From Octopus vulgaris (lineage: Eukaryota), in NCBI GenBank assembly GCA_951406725.2, contig OX597817.1, positions 21,948,001 to 22,012,000 of the forward strand: a stretch of DNA of 64,000 bases. Reading direction: 5' to 3'. Under the pieces are notes generated by a model that did no database searches, was not told where the DNA came from, and saw only the letters and a list, made by a program, of their open reading frames with translations. The translations under genes were made by a program, and so were the position numbers. Position 1 is the stretch's first letter. Each line of letters opens with the position of its first letter. Positions 1 through 13,676 of the stretch are shown in pieces.

Positions 1-16
1 AAACACACATATACAC

Positions 17-59
<43 letters not shown>

Positions 60-94
60 TATATGTATATTCATATGCTTCTCTATGTATATAC

Positions 95-603
<509 letters not shown>

Positions 604-1194
604 TATATTTTCTTATAAACACACGTATATGTATGTATATAAATGACGTAGATGATAACACACCAATGCAATCATGTCCTTTTTGGTAAGTCGTACTTCT
701 AATCCTGCTGAGTTTCTAGCAGCCCCCCCCCCATCACCAAGCAGGTTTAGTGGGTATGTCGATGATCCAAACCATGTAGTAGGCTATATTGTATCCATGT
801 TACCAGTAGCCCTCGTGAGACACCTTACAGTCCTCATGAGAGACCTTACAAGTGACCTGACAAGAGTGAATGAGGTAAATTACAAGTCAATTAATGCCAT
901 ACAGAATTACATTCTCCTAGCGGTGGGGAAATTTCTAAATGTTGGAAAACGCAAAAGGAAACTTCTCGTGTATCTCCTAGTACTTTGACTGTGTTCTATC
1001 TCTAGCATATGACATTTTCTCATTTTGTGTGTGTGTGTGTCAGACTTTCGCTACAGCACGATTTTGTAGTGTTAGTCGATATATCTAGGCAGACACGCAC
1101 TCACATGTAGACACACACGAATGCTACTACACTCTTTTTCTCAATCGATTTCACCCGTGTGACATTGCTTGGTACGGGTATATCGTAGAAGAAG

Positions 1195-1295
1195 AGCAAT
1201 TATTTACATTATTTACAATTGACGGGCATATGGCGTAGTGGTTAAGAGTGCGGGTTACTACACCCAAGATTCCGAGCTCGATTCCAGGCTGTAAA

Positions 1296-1357
<62 letters not shown>

Positions 1358-1513
1358 CAACAACATCGAAAAACACCTTAGGAATGAGAACCCAGGTTCA
1401 AAATTTACCCAAGACACCTGATGAAGGCTGGAGGGTATTTCATCCGAAACGTTGTGTTAGCAACAAACAAGATGAGAACAAATATCCTTCAATAGTAAAT
1501 AATGTAAATAATG
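1195..1513 (+). mobile_element. SINE family D: tRNA head + (TAA)n + hammerhead-containing Penelope-like tail
   Basis: A box TGGCGTAGTGG 1231-1241; B-box-like GCTCGATTCC 1276-1285; 14-bp direct repeat tatcgtagaagaag at 1181-1194 and 1514-1527 (TSD); 5' end is an inverted copy of the 3' end; second copy at 57025-57302 (-). Confidence 0.85.
1413..1458 (+). ncRNA. Minimal type I hammerhead ribozyme motif
   Basis: gacac-CTGATGA-a-ggctg-gagggtattt-catcc-GAAA-cg-TT-gtgtt: stem I gacac/gtgtt, stem II with one mismatch, palindromic helix III (AACGTT), GUU cleavage triplet. Confidence 0.75.
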
Positions 1514-3023
1514 TATCGTAGAAGAAGTTTGCCTCGATCGACGCGCAAAGGACTAAACCCGAACCCAAGTTGATGATAGTCCAATATCGTTACCATACAG
1601 CCATGCCTGCAACTTATTTTATGCAAAGTTTTCAGTAAATATATTATTATAATGCGCTCAATAAAAATACATACTAGATGATGTCAACTTCTTAGATGTT
1701 ACGTGCCTCGGACTACAACGCTTCCTTACAACTGAGCTGAATGGTGCACCATTAAATGAAATGCTTTGCAAAAGGACTCAACGCATCGTTCGCATTTGAA
1801 ATCGAGCTCATGACCTCACGATCATGGGCTTAACAACTACGTGTTTGCCAGTATAAAGGCGTGTGTTCCGTTAACTATTTGGTGAATATAGATTAATTGA
1901 AATCAATATGTACATAAAAGATATAATAACTACTGAATAAAAATCGCCGTATACCTGACGGCATGTGATTGCAATAAAACAACACACGACGTATTATGAA
2001 ACACGAACGGTGAATCGCCATAACAATGTATGCATGAGTTTTAGAGGTGAAATCTTAATATTCACACAGTCAACAAGTAAAATTCGGCTGTTTTGTTTCC
2101 AAGCATGCTACTTTTATCATACACTCAATGATATCTATTTCCGCCTAAATTACTTGATCCCTGTATAAACCGAATAGCACCGCAGTGTAAACTTGATGCA
2201 CCTCTATGTAATTTTTCTTCAGCTCATTAAATATGTTTGGAGTTTGGTGAGGGTGATAGTATTAAAGAAATTGTATCACATGCAAATGAGCTTCTCTGAG
2301 AGAATTGATGAATACAAAATAGAAGAAATATTTATAAGTTCACACATCATTTTCTTATTAATAAAAAAAAAAAAAATGTTAAATAGGGAGGTTGAACCCA
2401 GTCTGTGAGCATTGAGCATCTAACTTTCCAAATTATTCCCCTGCGGTTTCTGAAGTCATGTCCTCTTTCACTTCCTCTATACATTTGTTCATCTCTTTTC
2501 TATATGAATTTTCGAGTGCATTATTTTATTCTTTATAAATGTTCAATAACAAATTCACACGTAAGATATCGATAATGAACTGATGGTATTTTTCTCATTT
2601 CAATTACTTGATTATATTATTTGTTTCACTAATTAGATACCATATTGTTATGTATTTTTTAAAGAATGCATTCAAGTTAATTAAGCTGTTTTTTTTTTTT
2701 TTTTACATAACTATAAATTCATTAATCCTTTTCTTGTCTTAAATCATAATTTTCTGCTGTTTGAGGGGAATTTCTTTAATGTTCATTTTCTTTCACATGT
2801 ATTTCGTGTTTTCTTTTGAGAATTTTATTTTTCGTTTCATTCTATTTCTTTTTGTCTAATATCAACTGTTTGCAAGTAGTCTGAAATAAGTTTTCATTAC
2901 ACGCAAAACAAGCATAGAGTTTTTTAAATAAGATTTATATAAAGTTCCTCACTCATTCTGAAATGCGCAGGTTTCCATCATTTAAACTCACATACACAAA
3001 TTGCTATGCATACGAAACACACT

Positions 3024-3083
<60 letters not shown>

Positions 3084-4052
3084 TACAAACACACACACAC
3101 AAGCACACACACTCAAACACACACACACACGTCGGTTTTACCGATCGCCTATCTTGAACTTTTACTTCATTCGGTAACAACTAATATATAAGTGCCATAT
3201 ATAGCATATATACGCTTGTGAGAGTGCTTTTTTGTGTTCGTAGAACTGAAAATTTGATTGTTTGAAAGGAATCATCTCTGTGTTCGTGTCAACGAGTCAT
3301 ATCGCTTATTGTAACGTTAAAACTGTATATCAATTATCCGAATCGTCTACAATTTCAATCTTTACAATTTCAATGTTGTAGTGAAATAACATGCATCGAG
3401 TCGCTGCTTCATATGCGCATATATACGCAGTCGTATATACGACGATATATTTTTAAACTCTGTGTAGGTATGACACTGACAGACTGATGCGATAATCTAA
3501 ATAAGTAACATAATGTTCCAGCATGCATTCAGGCAATCGAGACAACATGTTGTTTGGAATTAAATTCTAAAAAAATACATAGATAAATATATATCTTAAA
3601 ATAGAAATCAGACTACATACAAAAGCAGAAAATAATCTCAGTTTCCTCGGTGATTTGCAATTTATTTGGAGCAGCAAAATGCTGTGCTACGACAACGAGT
3701 GGGTGATATCAATTTTCTCATTCTACATTCTGAGTTGAAACCATATCAGATTTTCCATCTTTTGTTGTTGTTGTTGTTGTCGTCATAGTTCTTTATACCT
3801 GAAGAAAATCTATGATGAAAAGCATTTCAGCTGTGACTATCCGGCCCTTTTTTTTGGTGGATATCTGGATTTCCATTACCTAATGTTTACTTTCCCTGTT
3901 TAAAACAGTAGGATGTTTTATTAGAGGTATTTCTCGCAAGTCGACTGTACACACAGTTAATACTTTCAGGTAGATGAAATAGGTATTATTAATAATTGCT
4001 GTGATTTCAGTCACTAACACATAGTATCTTCCAAAGTTTGCCGTCTTGCCGA

Positions 4053-4110
<58 letters not shown>

Positions 4111-4189
4111 GATAGATAGATAGATAGATTGATAAATAGATACATAGACAGATATGTACAAACACACGATCACTCACATATATACATTG

Positions 4190-4535
4190 GACGTTACGAC
4201 AATCAGAGTTCCAGTTGATACCTTCAACGGAAAGCCTGCTCATGAAACTAACGTGCTGAGCACTCCACAGATACCTGTACTCTTAACGTAGTTCTCGGGG
4301 AGATTCACTGTGATAGAGTGTCTGATAAGGCTGGCCATTTGAAACAGAAAGAAAGAGTGAGAGAAAGTTGTACTAAAAGAGTACAACAGGGTCCACCATC
4401 ACTCCCTGCCAAAGCCTCATAGGGATTTAGATGTTTTTGCTCAATAAACAATCATAATGCCCGGTCTGGGAATCGAAACTGCGATCCTACGAACGCGAGT
4501 CCGCTGTTCTAACCACTGGGCCATTTTGTCTCTAC
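4190..4535 (-). mobile_element. SINE family C, diverged copy
   Basis: Reverse-complement similarity to 11414-11795 (ccggtctgggaatcgaaac...aaccactgggccatt; cttaacgtagttctcgggga). Confidence 0.8.
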
Positions 4536-4606
4536 ACATACATTATATACATTTTATGTATACATGCATATAGTTATCTATATATATACCTATATATATA
4601 TATACA

Positions 4607-4660
<54 letters not shown>

Positions 4661-4700
4661 TATATATATATATCTATATCTATACCTATATATATACATG

Positions 4701-4738
<38 letters not shown>

Positions 4739-4856
4739 TACACACACACATATATATATTTATATATATACAATGTATGTAATGTGAGTATTCGTGTGTC
4801 TGTACATGTATAGACATATATATCTATATCTATCTATATATATCTATATCTATCTA

Positions 4857-4915
<59 letters not shown>

Positions 4916-5383
4916 ATAAATATATATATATACATATGCACATATAATCACAGACACACACTCACACACACACAAGCACAAGTATCAATAATTTTAAAGT
5001 TCTAATTAGTATATTTGAATCGTAACTTTTACTACATAGCTTTAAGCTACGTCTTGTGCACATCTTGTTACTAACAGTAGCATTGTAAACATCGCCTCCC
5101 AGTGTTGAGTTCAGTCCTGTATGTCGCACTGTTTGTTACTGAGAACAAATTACAATCGATTCTTCTATGAAAGAGCTGTAGATTCTTCATCTGGAAGATC
5201 GTTAGAAGTTTCATGCGTTTCAATAATGAGCCGGTTTTTGCTTGCTTTGATTTTCTTCTGTGTGTGTTGTTTACGAACATGAAAGTACAGAACGTAAAAT
5301 CAGTTGATGAGCAGAATACAACTAAGCAAGAATTGGGGATGCATTAATTTTTATCGGTTTTGCATAGTGTCCATGGTCATCTT

Positions 5384-5965
5384 CAGAATGCTCACAGCAG
5401 CCATATTCCTACCGCTCTATGTGACGCTGGTGAGACCCATATTGGAGTACGGGATTCAAGCCTCTTCTCCTTATCTCCTCAAAGACATACGACATCTCGA
5501 AGGAGTCCAGAAGCTGGCTACCCGCATGGTACTTGGTCTCAAGCATTTGTCTTATGATGAAAGGCTGAAGACGCTCGACCTTTATTCTCTAGAAAAACGA
5601 CGACGCCGTGGTGATCTCATTCTTGCTCACAACATCATAAGCGGAAAGTGTAACCTCTCGAAAGAGCTGTTCTTCACTCCTGCTCCAGAACGTCGGCTGC
5701 GGGGTCACTCCGAAAAGCTCTATCTGCGACGATTCCATCTCAATCGAAGGAGAGGGGCTTTCTCCGTCCGGGTTGCGGATCCGTGGAATAAGCTGCCGGA
5801 CGAGATAGTGAAGATGCCGACGATCGCTCGGTTCAAAGTCTCCCTTGACCACAAATGGCCTGAACTCTTTGTATGAACACCACCCTGTACATAACTCCAT
5901 GTCCCCCTACATGGCCTTGCTTTTAGATTTTTGAGCCAAAAAATTAACTTAACTTAACTTAACTT
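5384..5965 (+). mobile_element. 5'-truncated CR1-clade LINE (C-terminus of ORF2 + short 3' UTR)
   Basis: Uninterrupted frame LYVTLVRPILEY...VQKLATRMV.GLKHLSYDERLKTLDLYSLEKRRRRGDLI...RGHSEKL...FSVRVADPWNKLP ending at stop 5876; tail (AACTT)4 at 5946-5965; possible TSD atctt at 5379-5383 and 5966-5970. Confidence 0.92.
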
Positions 5966-6295
5966 ATCTTACTCAGTTCTACTGCTGAATGAATCTCACA
6001 GGAAATGACCACCGCAAACGGATACATATACTTTGTGTAAACCTTGTCGTAATAACAAAGCATGTATAATACTTTAATATATTGTGGTTTGGATTATTTC
6101 GTTTAAGCATTTCTGGTTACGTTGGTTCATGCAATCATCAGTATTACGACTAAAGACGTTAATGTGTCTTTGTTAGCTACAGAGGTGATTTCAAAGCACG
6201 GTGGCAAGTGTCGTGGGAGATGTTAAATTTTGATTGCAATACAAGGCACTGTATTCCTTAGGTAAGCCCTTTTGTAAAATGGTTTGAAGAACTCA

Positions 6296-6528
6296 AAGGC
6301 GGCAAGCTGGCAGAAACGTTTGCACGCCGGGCGAAATGTTTATCGGTATTTCGTCTGTCGTTACGTTGTGAGTTCAAATTCCGCCGAGGCTGACTTTGCC
6401 TTTCATCCTTTCGGAGTCGATAAGTTAAGTTCCAGTTCCGCACTGGGGTCGATGTAATCGACTTAATACCTATGTCTCTACTTGTTTGTCCCCTCTATGT
6501 TTAGCCCCTTGTGGGTAATAAAGAAATA
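6296..6528 (+). mobile_element. tRNA-derived SINE family B (Meta-domain-like core)
   Basis: Head ggcggcaagctggcagaaacgtt, B box gagttcaaattcc, core gactttgcctttcatcctttcggagtcgataa; 15-bp TSD ggtttgaagaactca at 6281-6295 and 6529-6543. Confidence 0.9.
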
Positions 6529-7143
6529 GGTTTGAAGAACTCACCACCATTGTATAGAATATGAAGCTAGATGAACACAAAACAATATCAGCTAATATTT
6601 TATTAAGTTTCTCGAACGGTATTCCAAGGTGATAATAGTCTCTCCAATATATGCTGGAAAAAATTGACACTTTAAGATTTCGAGTATATTTTGTGAGTCT
6701 TGTATTTCTCTTCGAAACTTTCAAAACTAGTGATAAAACGGATCACTACAAGTTCAAACGTTGTCGATACTTTGCTTTAGTTCAAAGTAAAAGAAGAGAA
6801 AAATTGTCGTAGTTTTCTAATAAATGAATTTTACGAAAGTAGTCAGATAAAAGTAAGTTCCAACGGAACCAGAAATGTTTAAACGAAATAATCCAGACCA
6901 ATATTTATCGAAGTATTATAAATGCTTTGTTATTAGGACAAGCTTTATATAAAGTAAAAGTATGTCAGGTGACACAAGATTGGAGTATGGGAAATGCAAA
7001 AACGTACTACTTTCGTACAGAATATAAAAATTCACAGGCGCGCGTGCTCACGTGCACTCACACATATACGCTCGCGTGTGCACACATACACATGCACAGA
7101 AACTCTTCGATACATAGGTAGTTAAGTAGACAGACAGATATAC

Positions 7144-7208
<65 letters not shown>

Positions 7209-7210
7209 TG

Positions 7211-7306
<96 letters not shown>

Positions 7307-7584
7307 TGTTTCTTTATTAGCCACACAGGGCTGCTCACAGACGGGACAAATTACAAAGTAGAGCTTTCCTTTTGGGAGAGGAAAAAAGTGAGGTAGGCTT
7401 TCGATCAAAAGGAATCGTAAAAAGGAAAGAAAGAAAATGATCAATAGGGATCATGTATCACAGAAATGTCAAGATATAAATTGTAAAGGGGGAAGCAGAT
7501 AAGGTTTATCTGTGGAAAGAAAAGCCTACGGAAAAGACCACGGTAAACTCGGTCAATAATGTCACATGTTAACGCATTTATTTG
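7307..7584 (-). mobile_element. 3' end of Tx1/L1-like LINE inserted in (GATA)n
   Basis: Same 3' terminus (gcagccctgtgtggctaataaagaaaca + tatctatc...) as the coding copy at 21311-21859; GATA repeats on both sides. Confidence 0.75.
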
Positions 7585-8423
7585 AGATAGATAGATAGAG
7601 AGAGGGGTAAAGGCAGAAAGACAGACAGACAGACTAGCAGACAGGCAGATGGGCAGAGACAAACCGAGAGAAAGGCTTAACGACAATCAAAGAGTCACAA
7701 AAAAAAAAGTACAAGAGCTTTGTAGCATATGAAAATTATGACTAAAAAGCAAGCTGGTTTATTAAATTATGAAGTAGGTTTTTGTTCGCAATAATATTCA
7801 TTAGGTTTTGTCATCAAAAACAGTGTGAATATCGCCATCATTGTATTAAAAGAGATAACTATTGAATACATTGAGAATAAAAACGATCGAAGCGCCGAAA
7901 TTGTGAGTGACACTATGAAAGAGAAGCCAAGGGGAGAGAAGAGACAATAATTTGAAAGATATTAAAGAATGCGGAACAAAACGTCGAAAATTAGCTGCCA
8001 TACTGTGTGTATTATGAATAAAGAATGGTGTATTATTATGCCTTAATCACATTTAAGCGAATAGGAATCTATCACGAATTCTCAAGAAAATATGGGGAGG
8101 AAAAAAAAACTTGAAAGCAAAAAAAAAAAAATAATAATAAATAAATAAATAAGTAAATAACATGAAACTAATAGAACAAAAAAGTATTTAAAACAACATA
8201 AAAGACAATCGAAAACAAAAGAAAAAATATTATTCGGTTTATTGATTCAATTCAATAAGGTTCCATTAATAATAATATTTTCATTTCTAATTTTAGTATA
8301 TTTCGTGTAACGATGATAATATTGACAATAATGCTAGTGGTGATGATGATAGTGATGATGATAGCATCATCATCATCATCATCATCATCATCAACAACAA
8401 CATTAACAATGACAATAACGATC

Positions 8424-8455
<32 letters not shown>

Positions 8456-8867
8456 CACAGTATCACCGCCAAAAACAGTAATATTGATAGTAAAAGCTAT
8501 CATTATTGTACATGTTATTGTTGAATTATGAAGGTATGGTTATTGTTGTTATTGAGTTGGTTTCCATTCGTTTGATTATTGTTTTTCTTTATTTCCGCTA
8601 TTATTGATTTATTTGTTGTTGGGTGGTGGTAGTGGGGGAAAAGAAATCGATTATTGGAATAACAACCAAATCAAATACAACATTTTCAAATATCAAACGT
8701 AAGATATCAGTCTGTGAAACTCAGCAAAATCCTTGAAGACGGACAGCAGAAATCGGCCAGATATGTGTTCATGTTGTTGAGAATTGTTTTCCAATGATAT
8801 GTAAGTGTCTTATTCGTTTTTATGTATATATATATATATACACTCATTGTGTATACATGCAGTAATT

Positions 8868-9094
8868 TGTCTACAGGTTTCAAAACACTGCTCATGCATA
8901 CACAGACACACAAACACATATTTATCTATATGCATGCACATGTATGCATCTACACACACATACACATATGCATAAAACTATGTATATACATATATATATG
9001 TGTGTGTATGTGTGTGTGTGTGTATGTATGTATATATACATATATATGTATATTATACACACACTCCTACATTCACATATATCTGTATGTATAC

Positions 9095-9153
<59 letters not shown>

Positions 9154-9327
9154 CACGTATATGTATTTATATATATATATATATAATATACATCAATATA
9201 TATATATATATACATACATTCATGCATATGTGTATGTGTGTGTGGATGTATACATGTGCATACATATAGATAAATATGTGTTTGTGTGTCTGTGTATGTA
9301 TGTGCAATGTTTTGAAACCTGTAGACA
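8868..9327. repeat. Inverted repeat with ~105-bp arms around a microsatellite spacer
   Basis: 8868-8973 (tgtctacaggtttcaaaacactgc...) is the reverse complement of 9222-9327 (...gcaatgttttgaaacctgtagaca) with few mismatches. Confidence 0.85.
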
Positions 9328-9368
9328 TTTATATATATATATATCAAAGTATCAAAGTAAGTATCAAA

Positions 9369-9454
<86 letters not shown>

Positions 9455-9731
9455 TTGCAAGTGTGTATGTGTGTGTGTATGTGTGTGTGTATGTCTATCA
9501 CTCACATACACAACCATATAAAAAAACTATAAAACTGCGCCAACACAAACAGACACCAGCAAGTGAAGCTTATCATTTTTACATTTGAGTTTTCCGAATA
9601 CTTGAATTCGTTGATGATATGCTAACCGGATGATGTATGTGTACACATACGCACGCACAAACACACACACACAGACACACAAACACAGATGCACATATAT
9701 ACATACACATACGTATCTATGTATTATGCCC

Positions 9732-9813
<82 letters not shown>

Positions 9814-10669
9814 GTAATCATGTATAACAATATAAAACGGAATCAAAGATGGGCGAGTGTTCGATGAAGAATATTTACATCAAGTCTTCGGTAGCACAAC
9901 TATTTCATGCTAATATTATTGAACAAGTTTTACGTTAGATACATTATTACATTCTCTGTTGTTCAACGTGTGCATGTTTCAATTCAGTAAATTTTGTGAT
10001 TTTTTTCATTTTTTTTTTTTTTATACTGCCGATGTCAGTCAGTACATATTCACCAAAGTGTAGTTTCTAATTTCATGGCATTGACACATTTTAGCAATTT
10101 TTTCTTTTGTTCACATACGTAGGGAAAAACATAGGCAGGAACAAAGTGTAGTCACTGAAACAGCGCAAAATCTTATAAATCATAGATCTGTAGGAAGAGA
10201 GCTAGAATCACTTGAATCCAATTTACTCTTCATATCTTTCTCTCTCTTTCTCTCTCTCTTTATCTCTTTTTCGCTTTCTCTTTCTTTTTCACGTTTCTTT
10301 CTTTCTGTGAATATCACTGGTTTACATGTTTCAACAAAGCTTGAGTAATGTATTGTAAAAATGAACCAGGAGTGATTTCCAATCAACACGGAAGAACCGT
10401 AGTTACACGGAGCAGTAAACTATATAATAGGAATGATTTCAGATTTCAGCACAAAGCCATCAGTTTGAGGGGAAGTTATGAATCGCATACGTTGACTCCA
10501 GTTTTCAACACTTATTTGTTTCAATGAAACCGCGAAAAGATGAAAGCAAATCCAAACTCGGCAGCATTTGGAATACTGCTATCCATTTTGTCTGATGCTG
10601 TAACATTTATGCCAGCTAGACGCATTTGTAAAACAACACAACAACAACAGCAACAGTAATAATGGTTTC

Positions 10670-10854
10670 GAATTTTGGTCACAAAAGTAGCAATTTCAGT
10701 GAGTACCCCAGTACTCAAATGGTACTTATTCTATCGATTCAGAAATACCGAAAGGCAAAGTCGATCTCGCTGGAATATAAAGTCAGAACGACGTAAAGAC
10801 GGACGAAATGCCGCAAAGAATTTGGCCCAGCATGCTTCCTACCAGCTTAACGTC

Positions 10855-10855
<1 letters not shown>
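10670..10855 (-). mobile_element. SINE family B, degenerate copy
   Basis: ggtacttattctatcga...gaaaggcaaagtcgatctcgctggaat...aaagacggacgaaatgccgc; abuts a long (TAA/TGA)n tract at 10856-11125. Confidence 0.7.
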
Positions 10856-10931
<76 letters not shown>

Positions 10932-11054
10932 GATAATAATAATAATAATGATAATAATAATAATAATGATAATAATAATAATAATGATAATAATAATAAT
11001 AATGATGATGATAATAATAATAATGATATTAATAATAATGATAATAATGATAAT

Positions 11055-11128
<74 letters not shown>

Positions 11129-11413
11129 TATATTACATGTGAAATATTTTAAACTGCATATAATAATTAAATGAATATAAATTTAAATGCATTAAAACAC
11201 ATCAAAAGGGAACTACTAGCACAAAAAATAAATAGACATTTCTGCCACTCAAGTGTGCAAAACTACTGCCTAGGTTTGCTAACATCACACACGCGCGTAA
11301 CCAAATCCTGCTTCCCTAACTTTCATTTCTTTCAAATCCATTGAAAATAGCGTGTCCGAAATATCCTAAAGATAAATACGCTGATTTCTATCTATATCGT
11401 ATATACATTTATA

Positions 11414-11795
11414 GGAGGCGCAATGGCCCAGTGGTTAGGGCAGCGGACTCGCGGTCGTAGGATCGCGGTTTCGATTCCCAGACCGGGAGTTGTGAGTGTT
11501 TATTGAGCGAAAACACCTAAAAGCTCACGAGTCTCCGGCAGGGATGGTTGGTGATCCATGCTGTACTCTTTCACCACAACTTTCTCTCACTCTTACTTCC
11601 TGTTTCTGTTGTACCTGTATTTCAAAGGGCCGGCCTTGTCACTCTCTGTGTCACGCTGAATATCCCCGAGAACTACGTTAAGGGTACACGTGTCTGTGGA
11701 GTGCTCAGCCACTTACACGTTAATTTCACGAGCAGGCTATTCCGTTGATCGGATCAACCGGAACCCTCGTCGTCGTAACCGACGGAGTGCTTCCA
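11414..11795 (+). mobile_element. tRNA(Arg)-like SINE family C, full length
   Basis: Head ggaggcgcaatggcccagtggttagggcagcggactcgcggtcgtaggatcgcggtttcgattccc (A and B boxes, TCG anticodon-like loop); near-identical copy at 15041. Resembles the octopus OR1-type SINE as recalled. Confidence 0.9.
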
Positions 11796-12239
11796 TCATA
11801 TGCATTTACAATATAGTGCAAAATATATAGCAAAAGCAGAGGTTTAAATACAAACAGAATGTAGTAGATTTACATTCGAGAAATAGGGAAAAACAATGGA
11901 AAGTATTTCCCGTTTCGAGTATATATACTTCTTCTAAGAGTAAGAAAGGACAAAGAGAGAAAAAGGGAGAAAGAAACGCGTATTTATATAACCGTCACGA
12001 GCATCCTGAAATGACCGAAGATGGTTCAGAGATCGCTTTAAACGTGAGTTTAAGAACAGCTGAAATTGTTCGGAAATAGCTAGAGTGAGACAGTTGTGAA
12101 CATGGCTATATGTATGTGCATGCGTGAGTGAGTGTATGAAGCTATAGTGTGTATTCGTGTGTATATGTGTGTGCGTGTGTATATGTGTGTACGTATGATT
12201 GTGTGTATGTGGGAATATGTGTATGTGTGTGTGTGTGCG

Positions 12240-12835
12240 CGTGTATGTCTCCTTGCTTACACTTTGTTAGTGAGTATATGTGTGTGTTTGTCTATGTGTG
12301 TGTGTGTGTGTGTGCGTGTATGTCTCCTTGCTTACTCTTTGTTAGTGTGTATATGTGTGTGTTTGTGTATGTGTGTGTGCATTTGTGTATCCTTGCTTAC
12401 TCTTTGTTAGTGTGTATATGTGTGTGTTTGTGTATGTGTGTGTGCGTTTGTGTATCCTTGCTTACTCTTTGTTAGTGTGTATATGTGTGTGTTTGTGTAT
12501 GTGTGTGTGTGTGTTTGTGTCTCCTTGCTTACTCTTTGTTAGTGTGTATATGTGTGTGTTTGTGTGTGTGTGTGTGTGTGCGTTTGTGTCTCCTTGCTTA
12601 CTCTTTGTTAATGTGTATATGTGTGTGTTTGTGTATGTGTGTGTGTGTGCATTTGTGTCTCCTTGCTTACTCTTTGTTAGTGTGTATATGTGTGTGTTTG
12701 TGTATGTGTGTGTGTGCATTTGTGTCTCCTTGCTTACTCTTTGTTAGTGTGTATATGTGTGTGTTTGTATATGTGTGTGTGTGCGCGTTTGTGTCTCCTT
12801 GCTTACTCCTTGTTATTGAGTATATGTGTGTTTTT

Positions 12836-12903
<68 letters not shown>

Positions 12904-12940
12904 TTGTGTCTCATTGCTTACTCTTTGTTAGTGTGTATAT
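12240..12940. repeat. Compound minisatellite, 10 units of mostly 65-75 bp
   Basis: Core ccttgcttactctttgttagtgtgtatatg recurs at about 12251, 12326, 12391, 12456, 12523, 12592, 12661, 12728, 12797 and 12912, separated by variable (TG)n. Confidence 0.95.
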
Positions 12941-13642
12941 GCATATACTGTAAAGAACCATAAGCTACTATGTTTTTGTGATCAGAAAAGCATAATCAGT
13001 CGTTGATGAGGCTTTAATAACAGCTGAAACTAAGCGGACTATACTTCTCTTTCCCGTTACAGAGAGAAAGCTCTGTGATTTACCCCAATGTCTAGTTTCT
13101 AACAGCTAAGTTAAATGTGTGTCTACTAAATAACATGCTTGTTATTTTGCCTTTTACGTGTATGAGTTTATGTCTGTGTGTCTATGTGAATATCTTTCCG
13201 AGTGCGAGTGTATAAGCGTATGTGTTTGTGCTTAGAAAATTCTGACGTTTGAAAGAGTAGTCGATATTTATAGTAGACGTAGTAGTTTCTTTGTTTGTCA
13301 GGCTGTGGAGCGAACCATTGACTTCACACAAACACACACATACAAATATAGACATATATATATATGCGCGCGCGTGTGTGTGTATGTATGTGACTATGCA
13401 CATACCTACACATGCATCTAACTACAAAAGCATTCACACACACATATGTATAGTATATATATATATATGTATATACATATATATATATATGCATATACAT
13501 ATGTATGTATATATATACATATATACATACATTACATATATATATATATATGTAGGTATGTATATATACATGTGTGTGTATATAATACATATTTGCATAC
13601 ATATACATATACATATATATATATGTGAATGTATGTATATAT

Positions 13643-13676
<34 letters not shown>

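Noticed and set aside
674-988. 104-aa ORF in non-repetitive sequence
   Set aside because: No recognisable domain or convincing splice sites; contains a short local duplication (gagacaccttaca/gagagaccttaca).
8822-9532. Long ORFs of YI/HT/CV dipeptide repeats (also 40103-40690, 46575-47234 and many others)
   Set aside because: Translations of (TA)n, (CA)n and (GATA)n tracts, which lack stop codons; no splice or domain evidence.
11414-11490. tRNA gene candidates at SINE heads (also 1224, 15041, 6296)
   Set aside because: A and B boxes are present but the sequences continue into repeated SINE bodies, several with TSDs, and no complete cloverleaf is evident.
11860-12010. Possible minus-strand relic of the 23158-type element
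   Set aside because: Similarity too degraded to support boundaries or a ribozyme fold by eye.
12240-12940. CRISPR-like repeat-spacer appearance
   Set aside because: Spacers are low-complexity (TG)n rather than unique sequence, there are no cas genes, and the context is eukaryotic.
12998-13040. Hammerhead-like agtcg-TTGATGA-ggct...agct-GAAA-ctaagcg-gact
   Set aside because: No UH cleavage site and weak helices I and III; cannot be separated from chance.
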